Below are positions 54,545 to 64,000 of a stretch of 64,000 bases of DNA, piece after piece. How positions within the stretch are numbered: the first letter of the stretch is position 1; every line of letters begins with the position of its first letter. The notes under the pieces are model-generated. The model saw only the letters and a program-made list of their open reading frames with translations. It was not told the origin of the DNA and did not search any database. The DNA is taken from the NCBI GenBank assembly GCA_043228905.1, contig JBHGNT010000004.1, positions 16,368,001-16,432,000 on the forward strand, given 5' to 3'. This DNA is from Azolla caroliniana (lineage: Eukaryota; Plantae; Polypodiophyta). The translations under genes were made by a program, and so were the position numbers.

Positions 54545-57500
54545 TGTTGAGTGACAAGCTCAACATTGAGTGCGTAATATAGTGCGTAACCCAGTGCGTA
54601 GACTGGGTGCATAAAATAGTACGCATAACGTGGCCGTATCGGTGCATGAACCGGAAGGCCGTTAGTATGGTATTCCTCGTAAGGAATAATTTTGGGAGTT
54701 AGTGTAGTAGGCTCATTTATGAGCATTCAAGTACTATCAGTACTTGTGTCAGCCCGATAGTCAGGGCTTGTATAAAAGATGCTCACTGAACACGGTGTAT
54801 ATACAGAGCATTATTTTTGAATCATAGTTTCAGTTATCTACTCACTCTATCTCTCCCCCTCCTTCTCCATCTCTGCGTTTTCTGTGTTTTACTGAACTGT
54901 CTTATTCTCCCGAACCGTGTACTCTGTGTCTTACGCACACGCTTCTGCACAACGTATTCTTTTACATGGTATCAGAGCGTGATGGATGAAGTCCTCTGCA
55001 GCCGACAAGAAAAGTTTGTGACGAAACAGAGTTGAAGTTGTTCACTTTCGGAGAAGAAAAAGACATTACTATGGACAGGGGAATGGGAAGCTCACTTCCG
55101 ACTGAAAAGCTTGACAGAAGCAACTACGCATCTTGGTCTCACAAGATGCACCAGTAAGTACTCGGCCATGGGTACAGGAGTTATGTCAAAGGAGCAAACG
55201 ATGTGGCACCCACCTCGACACACAAGCATTACCCGGCTTGGGAACAAGCCGCAAGCAGAGTGCTATATTGTTTCGTGTCCTCTATGAGAAATCAGCTTTT
55301 GAGCTATATTCGGGATGCCACGATGCCGAAGGACACATGGGCGAATCTCAAAAGGATTTTCGCCGCTAGCACAATGGCCAAAAAGTTGCACCTCAGACAG
55401 GAGCTCAGCAATGTACGACAAAGAGATATGTCGGTGGCTGATTACACCACCAAGATCAAAGAAATCTACGACTCTCTTGCCTCCGTCAACATGAACGTCG
55501 AGGAAGATGAAATGGTGCAGGTTTGTCTTGGTGGCTTTGCGTCAATGTTCGGACCTTTCCGAATGGCTGTCTACACTAGGGAGATTATGCCTTCATTTTC
55601 CGAGCTTCAGTCAATGTTGCTCGTAGAAGAAAACCACGTGTGTGCATCGACGAGGGCGCACGCCGATGGCAACATGCTTTACATGGAGGATGATAGGCCC
55701 CGTGGTCATGGTGGACGAGGCGGATCAGCGCGCAAGGAGCAAAATGTACGGCATAATCGAGATGCCGGAAGCAATTCTGAAGCCTCCACAAGCAGGGGGA
55801 GTCATGGCGGCGCCAGAAGATGGCAAGAGAAGACCACGCTGGATTGCTGGTACTGTGGCAAGAAAGGCCACAGGGAGAGCGAGTGCTGGAAGAAACAAGC
55901 TGACTCGGACAAAGCTAGACCGAGTGGAAGAGACGCAGGAAGGCGTCAAAGATCGCACTACGTTGAGGGCTCGGAACGAGCCGGAAATGGAGCGGGCTCT
56001 GCCTTCGTAATGAAGCATAAAGCCAATTCAATGGTCGTGAACACCTCGAAATAGAGTGAGGTGTGGTTTGTGGATTCCAGAGAGTCAAATTATATGACGA
56101 GCCATAAGGAATGGTTCTCGTACTTGGAGAAGATGGAATCACGAGGAGTGGTCGAAACCGGCGACGACACTCCGCATACCATCGAACATGTCGGCGAAGT
56201 TCTCCTCAACCACGTCAGGCAGAAATGGAAGCTAATGAACGTGTTGCACGTCCCAACAATAACAAAGAACTTTGTGTCGGTCGGACAGATCATCGACCAA
56301 GGTATGCGAGTTCGATTCACGCATCTCAGTTGCTTCATCGAAGAGGAAGGCAAAGTGATCGCGCAAGGGCGCCGTGATGAGGATGTTTATCCTCGACACT
56401 AATCAAGCCGGAACCGCGTTGTACGCGAAAGGACAAAAGGTCAAATCGGATATCGACCTGTGGCACAAGTGGTTTGGCCACGTAAATTTCCTACGGCTTC
56501 GTGAAATGCAGACGAAGAACATTGTTTTATGGTTGCTGAAATTTCGTGGCCAGAATGGCCAAGTCTGCGTAGCCTGTCAGATGGGAAAACAACACCGACT
56601 TCCATTCCTCAATGACTGTAATCATAGTCGAAGTCGGCTGGATTTGATCCATTCGGATGTGTGGGGTCCGGCACAGAACGTGAGTCTCAGTGGAAGCCGT
56701 TACTTTGTAACCTTCATTGACGACTCCACTCGGCACGCGTGGGTATGCACAATCGCGAAGAAGAGCGAAGTCTTCGCATGTTTCCTGAAGGTGAAGAGCC
56801 TTGTGGAGAGGGAAACAGGGCATAAGATCAAATGCCCACGGTCCGATGGCGGGAAGGAATACTTCTCTGACTAGTTCACATGTTATCTACGAGAGGAGGG
56901 AATTCGACGCGAATTCTCATGTAGATATACGCTGGAGCAGAACGGCGTAGCTGAGCGGAAGAATCAGACGATTGAAGAAGTGGCCAGGGCAATGCTTGAA
57001 GAGAAGCATATGCTGAAATTCTATTGGGTTGAAGCCGTGAAGACGGCTGTCTACTTGCAGAATCAGACTTCTACCAATGGAGGAGTATCGCCACATGAAT
57101 TCTATTTCGGGAAGAAGCCGAACTTGGCACACTTGAGGATTTTCGGCAACATTGCCTATGTGCACGTGCCAAAGGAGAAAAGGAGGAAGTTGGATGCCAA
57201 AGCCGAGAAATGTATCTTGGTCGGCTATTCAGACGAGCAGAAGGGGTATAAGTGCTATAACCCCCAAACGAAGGAAGTACGCGTAAGCTGCGATGTCTTA
57301 TTTGACGAGTCCACTTCGTGGTACTTGCCTTCTCCTCCAGAACCTCATTACTCCATTCCGATTTCTGAAGACGAAGTCAGCGAGGCTCAAATGCCTACGC
57401 ATGATGAGGATGTCGGAGCTCTGAGAGAGAGTCCGATCTCATTTCGGCTTAACGGGCCGAATGAAAGGTTGGGCCAAGATGGCCAACCAGATGATGAGAC

Positions 57501-60258
57501 GACGAGTAGTGGAGACTCGGCTGTGCAGTCCCCGCGCAGGAAGCCGAGGAGACGGCTTCTGCGCAAGGAAAAAGGGAAGAAGAAGGTGTCGGATTACGGC
57601 ATAGAGAGGAATGAGTCCGAATCCGAGGGAAGTGATGATGGGTCTTTGGGAGCGAAGTCCGCGTCGGCTAAGAAACCCTCAACATCGGCTAATGAGCAAT
57701 TACGCCGATCTACCCGCCAGAAGAACCCCGTCGTGCGGTTCGGATACAATGAGTACATGACGCATCACTATGCATACATGACCTGTGTAGCAGAAGTGCG
57801 TGAGCCGGAGAGCTACGCAGAAGCGGTGAAGGATGCGAATTGGCGTGCCGCACTGGAGGAAGAGATGCGCGCATTGGCGAAGAATTAAACTTGGGACCTG
57901 GTTGACGCACCGAAAGGTGTGAAGCCGATCGGATGTGGGTGGGTGTACAAGGTCAAATGCAACATTGACGGCTCGGTCAACCGATTCAAGGCCTGGTTAG
58001 TAGCAAAAGGCTACGCGTAGAAGCACGACGTGGACTACGACGAGACCTTCGTGCCTGTCGCAAAGATGACTACCGTGCGAGTCCTACTAGCCATAGTCGC
58101 GGCAAAGGGGTGGCACTTACATCAGATGGATGTAAAGAACGCGTTCTTGCAAGGTGATCTTGAGGAGCAGGTGTACATGATACAACCCCCCGGATTTCTA
58201 TCCAAATGAAACACCTCGGCAATTTGCAGACTGAAGAAGTCATTGTACGGACTTAAGCAAGCCCCGCGAGCTTGGAATGCAAAGATTACGCAATGGCTGC
58301 ATAAGACAGGGTTTACGGCATCAAAGTCTGACTCTTCATTATTTGTTCGGCAAGGTCAACACGGCCCCGTAAGCTTGTTGCTGTATGTTGATGATTTAGT
58401 CATCCGCCGGTGCCGACATGGACGAAATCCGCCACGTGAAGTCTCAGCTTGCGGCATTGTTTGAAATGAAGGATCTCAGAGACCTTCATTACTTCCTCGG
58501 GATCGAAGTGATCCGCAACCCCGAAGGCATACTGATCAGTCAACGTGATTACGTGTTGAATATGCTCTTCAAGTTTGGGATGGCAAACTGTAAGCCCATC
58601 TCGACCCCTCTGGATAGAAACGCAAAGCTTCGCCGAGATTCGGGGAAGGCGTGCAACCCGACAAGGTTCTGACAGATTGTCGAAAGCCTTATCTATCTGA
58701 CGATTACTTGGCCGGATCTTAGTTCTCCAGTCAGCCAAATCAGTCAATTCATGTCGCAGCCTACGACCGAATAGTTTCAGTGCGCGCAACGGATATTGCG
58801 TTATGTCAACGGCACGAAAAACATGCCCATCAGTCGGCTACACGGATGTTGATTGGGCCGGAAACACCACTGATTGTAAATCCACATCCGGATACGCCTT
58901 CTTGTTAGGAAGTGCAGCGATCGTGTGGAGCAGCCAAAAGTAGCCTACAGTAGCACTGTCGAGCACGGAGGCCGAATATCGAGGGGCGATTGTCCCTAGA
59001 TGCGAAGGCTAAAACGGCTATTACGGGATCTGCAGGTAGAGGTGTCTGATCCGACGACGATCTATTGTGACAACCTCAGTAGTATCCACCTTGCGAAAAA
59101 CCCTGTGTTCCACGCCCGGACCAAGCACATTGAGGTGCATTACCATTTTTTCCGTGAGCGGGTCCTTTCAGGAGAAGTCGAATTAGTGCATGTTTCGACT
59201 AATCGGCAGATTGCCGACATCTTCACAAAACCTCTTGGTCTCGACAAGTTACCGAATTTCTCGGGTGTGCTTGGGTTGCGTCACCTCGATATGCCGAACT
59301 TGAGGGGGAGAGATGTCCCAAATGACCACACGAGGGGGAGAGGCATCCCAAAGATGAGAGAAGCTCCGAAAGACCGCGAAGCCGAGTCGGATGACGAATT
59401 CGATTTCGGATCGACTGAAGAAGCCAAGGGCGGATCTGTGGAAGAGTCCGAAAGCGGACACAAGGGGAGCAGCCGGAAGAAAGAGCCGAAGCCAGCCAAG
59501 CATGGGGGAGATGAAGCCATCAAGGGCGAGAATATCGAAGATGAGTTGAAGACAGCCAACTCGAACGAAAACGAAAACCAATCGGAGGAAGCCGAGTCGG
59601 TTCGGATGTTTGATTCGGATAAACTGAATCAACCAAGGGCCAAGCGGAAGAGAAGGCAGCAGAAGAGGCGCCAACACCGCAACAACAAGGAAGTTGAGAA
59701 GGGCCGTGTGAGCAGACAAGCGGACCGAAAGGGTCGAAGCGCGCGAAACCGAACGGGTCGAGGAGCACGAGTCAGGCGTGGAGCCAGGAGAAGCCAGAGT
59801 GTAGATCCGACGGAGCAGGCAGAACCTCAAGTTGAGCTTGAGGGGGAGTGTTGAGTGACAAGCTCGACATTGATTGCGTAATACGATGCGTAGACTGGGT
59901 GCGTAAAATAGTACGCATAACATGGTTGTGTTGGTGTGTAAACCGGAAGGCCGTTAGTATGGTATTCCTCGTAAGGAATAATTTTGGGAGTTAGTGTAGT
60001 AGGCTCATTTATGAGCATTCAAGTACTATCAGTACTTGTGTCAGTCCAATTGTCAGGGCTTGTATAAAAGGTGCTCACTGAGCACTGTGTATATACAGAG
60101 CATTATTTTTGAATCACAATTTCAGTTATCTGCTCACTCTGTCTCTCCCCCTCCATCTCCATCTCTTCGTTTTCTGTGTTTTACCGAACTGTCTTATTCT
60201 CCCAACATGTGTACTATGTGTCTTATGCACACGATTCCGCACAACGTATTCTTTTACA
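54545..60258 (+). mobile_element. Full-length decayed Copia element inside an intron of the MTase gene
   Basis: LTRs 54545-54966 and 59849-60258; TSD CTACA at 54540-54544 and 60259-60263; PBS tggtatcagagc at 54967; PPT ttgagggggag. Gag CWYCGKKGHRESEC, integrase HSDVWGP, RT LLYVDDL, RNase H ADIFTKPL; many stops. Confidence 0.97.
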
Positions 60259-63200
60259 CTACATATATATTAACTTGTTTCAATTCAATTACAAAATAGG
60301 GTTAAAACGAACATAACTCGTACCCCGGGTGATCAAATGGTGAGCATTGTGGAGCATTTGTGTGTGGGATATTATTACAATATTTCTAAGAAGAAGGCTC
60401 TGGCACATGTGAATGAGCGGAATGTCGTCAACTATATCATGTGCCTAGTTGTAACGAAGAAATTGTGCCATGTGTTTGGCAACAAGAGTCTTATAAACTT
60501 ATATCAAAAGCCCCCGCCGTTGATTAATCGATTGGTCGAGTTGTTCTCAAACCCTTGAATTGGGTGCTCGACTTATTTTTTGGTGTAGGTAATCTCATAA
60601 GTCTAAACATTTTTTCTTAAAATAAAATAGAATTTCTTCTCTTTGTTTTCTTACTTTTGCATGTGTGATTGTTTGTTTAGGAACATCGATTGCGTGCACT
60701 CTTAAATTGTTCAGGAACTGCGTCGCATTAGAGAAGGACCCCCAACAAATCAATTTTATTAAGATGAGGATCCAAGGCATATGGGATTGTCCCGACCAGG
60801 ACAAATAGGTTGGGGCAAAGCATATCAATGAAACCGAGATGTTTCAGCTGACCTCCAGAGAGCCGATGGAACCTATAGACGAAGGAGGGGAGCTTGTCGA
60901 CCTTGAAGATGCACCGGGGTCTGATCAAATACAAGATTCAGTTGAGGAGAAAGAACATGTAGGTGCAACACAATTGTCAGTCGATCTTGGAGATTAGCCT
61001 GTTCCAGACCTCCTAATGGAGTGATTGTATAATACTTTGTATTTGTAACTAAAAACTTGTAACCCTAAACTTGTTTTGTAATATAAGATTTTTTTGTTTA
61101 ACTACCATTTCTTCACACTATTTGATTGGTGTCTCGAACTTTAAGTGTCTATTATATGTTTGCAAAGGTTGACTCGTAAAGTATGTGGTTAAGTATAATT
61201 TTCATTGATAGAAGATGATGAATTTAGGTTTATTGTATGATCTATGTTGTCTTTAATCTTGGTTATTGAGTTTCTAGTAAACACAATAATATTAAGTCAC
61301 CATTGTTGCTCACTTGATAATACATTCACGTTCATGTATGATTGGGATATAATGTTCGTAGTACTTTTTGGGCATGACCTGTGGTATATCATGCGATATT
61401 CATTTGTAGCCATGTTTCTAATTATATCCAGAAATGCTATTTACTAATTAAATATAACAATCTTTATAGGACTTAGAGACAAATATAGCAACAAAATTGC
61501 ATTTCTAAATTTCTTAAGTTGGATTTGAATTCAACATTATTTACAATGAAACATATTACAATTATGGTGAGGATGCATTCTTGTAATCTAACCTAAGAGT
61601 CGGATAAATTTGTGTATGAATTGAGAAAATATAGGTTAAATTTGAAATCTTGATAATATTAACTATATTTTTTAGTGATGTTTTTAAAAGCCGTGTGCGC
61701 ATGCATGATACATTCTTGAAAGTTTGTTAAAAAATAGTAATTCTTGACATCTCATGTATTTATCAATAAAGGAATGCAACATGTTACCTGTTCTAATTTA
61801 CCCGGTGTTCACTTCCAAATCAGAGGATGTGTGGTACGCTGATTCCGGAACATCAAACCATATGACGAGCCACGAAGAGCATATCTGGAAAAACCGGAGC
61901 AACCGGGAATTGTCGAAACAAGAGACAACACTCCTCACCCGATTGAGCATGTCAGAGAAGTCCCTTTGAGTTATGTGAAACAAAAGGGAAAGTTGATGAA
62001 TGTTTCACATGTTCCGACAATCACGAAGAACCTAGTGTTGGTCGGATAGATCGTTGACCAAGGCATGCAAGTGCGGTTTACGCACCTCAGGTGCTTCATC
62101 AAGGAAGAGGGCCAGATTATCATGCAATGGCGTTAGGATGGGAGGATGTTTATCCTCAAGACTAATGAAGTCGGCACCACTCTATTTGCCAAAGGACAAA
62201 AGGTCGAGTCGGACATCAACTTATGGCACAAACGAATAGGCCACGCCAATTATCAGAGGCTTTAGGATTTGCAATCGAAACAAGTAATATTCGGATTGCC
62301 GAAATTTAGTGGCCGGAAGACCCAAATTTGTGAAGCCTGCCAGCTAGGGAACCAACATCGACTTCCATTCCCCAATGAGCGAAACCGGAGCCGGAACAAG
62401 CCTGACTTAATACATTCATATGTATGGGAACCGACACAGGATGTTAGTCTTGGCGGGACTTGATACTTCGTCTCCTTCATCGACGACTACAGTCGACATA
62501 CATCGATCAATCTGATCGAAAAGAAAAGTGAAGTTTTCAACTATTTCCAGAACTTACGAAGGTTAGTCAAATGGGAAACGGAAAGGCAGATCAAGTGCCT
62601 GCGGTCCGATGGAGGAAACGAATACTTTTCAGGCCAATTCAATAGCTACCTACAACAAAAGGGAATTTGGCGAGAATTCAGTTGCAAATATATGTCGGAA
62701 CAAAACGGTGTTGCCGAGACGAAGAATCAGTCAATTGTGGAAGCAACACGGGCAATGCTTGATGAGCAAGCATGCCCAAGTTCTATTGGGCCAAGGCGTT
62801 CAAGATGATTGTCTACATCTAGAATCGGATCGGGGAGATGGTGTCAACACACGAGCTGTAATTCGGGCGAAAGCCAAATTTAAGACACCTTAGGATATTC
62901 GGTAGCATAGCCTATGTGCATGTATAGGATGAGAAGAGGAAGAAGCTAAATCTGAAGTCAGAGAAGTGCATATTAGTCAGATACTCACATGAGCAAAAGG
63001 GGCATAAGTGTTATAACCCCCGGACAAAGACAGTCCGAGTAAGCCGAGATGTCGAATTTGACGAGTCGGCATCCTGGTACTCTCTACCAACTCCGACCCG
63101 ATTCCGGAAGATGAGGCCAGTGAGCCCGAAAAAATCCGGGCAGAAGAGGAAGAAGAGTTCGGTACTCTAGATGAGAGTGCGATCTCATTTCGGCTGAGCG

Positions 63201-63779
63201 GGTCGAATGAGCGACTGAATCGGGATGACCAGTCAAATGAAGAGATGGCAAGTAGTGGAGACTCGGTCGTTCTCTCCCCGCACAAAGAACCAAGGACACG
63301 GCTCACGCGCAAAGAGAAGGGGAAGAAGAAGATGTTGGAATACGACACCAGCAGAGACAAGTCGGATAGGAGTGAATCCAAATCCGGAAAGAACGAAGAT
63401 GGACCTTCGTAGACGAAGTTCGAATTGGCCAAGAGGACCCTCAAATCAGCTAACGAGACGTTACGTCGATCTACCCGCTAGAAGAACCCCATCAAGCGGT
63501 ATGGGTATAATGAATACATGGCACATCATTATGCATACATGATGAAAGTGGTGGAAGTGCGTGAGCCAGAGTGCTATGCAGAAGCGGCAAAAGACGCAAA
63601 CTAGTGGGCCGTAGTGGAGGAAGAAATGCAGGAAGTCAATGCTAACGACACTTGGGATCTGGTTGACCCTCCCCTACATTGCAAACCGATCGTTTGCAAG
63701 TGGGTATACAAGGTAAAGTATAATGCTGACGGTTCGGTCACCCGGTAGAAGGCCCGGTTAGTGGCCAAAGGATATGCGT

Positions 63780-64000
63780 CGCTCTGACCGGATAGCTAAT
63801 GTAGGGTCGGGTGATTGTCAGCTATATAAGGCTCCCGACGATTTGTCGAAACCATTTCTCGTTGCAGGCCGGTCCGGAGTCGGGACAGCTTTAGGTTCTG
63901 GTCCAGGGGTGTGGAGATCGGTCAGCAATCCATCATGTCGAACTTGCACAACATATTTAACACATAATGTCGTTGGGGACAACAATATGCCGTCGGGGGT
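63780..64000 (-). pseudogene. Inverted Copia RT segment
   Basis: Minus strand reads ACNEKWFRQIVGSLI*LTITRPYISYPV, homologous to plus-strand 58650-58730. Confidence 0.8.

Larger units (their letters stand above)
45189..61024 (+). pseudogene. Spliced gene encoding a ParB/Srx-like domain fused to a beta-class N6-adenine/N4-cytosine DNA methyltransferase (decayed; three LTR insertions)
   Basis: ParB-like YYVIGG|SHSTEARRQL...LTREEAKLLAWEH (46387-47010). MTase: LLIADISYG (DISY at 54285-54296); W|VKTN across a GT-AG intron 54491-60299; QKPPPLINRLVELFSNP..WVLDLFFGV|GTSIACTLKLFRNCVALEKDPQQINFIKMRI across intron 60589-60680. Further introns start at 53734 and 53952. The 5' end is uncertain. Confidence 0.85.

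Noticed and set aside
45189-61024. ParB-MTase as bacterial contamination
   Set aside because: It has spliceosomal introns that split conserved codons, and plant LTR elements with TSDs are inserted in it.

Overview
Eukaryotic land-plant DNA, probably a non-seed plant such as a fern (inference from the TE lineages). There is one apparently intact host gene, an intronless 3-ketoacyl-CoA synthase at 2033-3412. About 57 kb of nested transposons follow it. (1) 7.3-35 kb is a stack of Copia and non-chromovirus Gypsy elements. It includes a very young Gypsy with an extra archaeal-type RNase H (9763-16770) and a Gypsy with a ~970-codon third ORF (22290-31813). (2) A Copia element starting at 35248 is split at the gag/protease junction by a 25-kb DNA transposon (36785-61809; ~35-bp imperfect TIRs; 4-bp TSD TACT/CACT). 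Removing its own nested insertions leaves two divergently oriented, decayed genes. One is a Sola-like (DUF7869-type) transposase on the minus strand. The other is a spliced plus-strand gene encoding a ParB/Srx-like domain fused to a bacterial-type beta-class DNA amino-methyltransferase (N6_N4_Mtase). This transposase plus ParB-MTase module is the most notable system in the window. Also present: a Tcn1-like chromovirus with an apparent Tf1-type self-primer, an RPS12 retrocopy inside a nested TIR element, and a foldback element near the KCS gene. All calls come from reading motifs by eye; no database searches were run.
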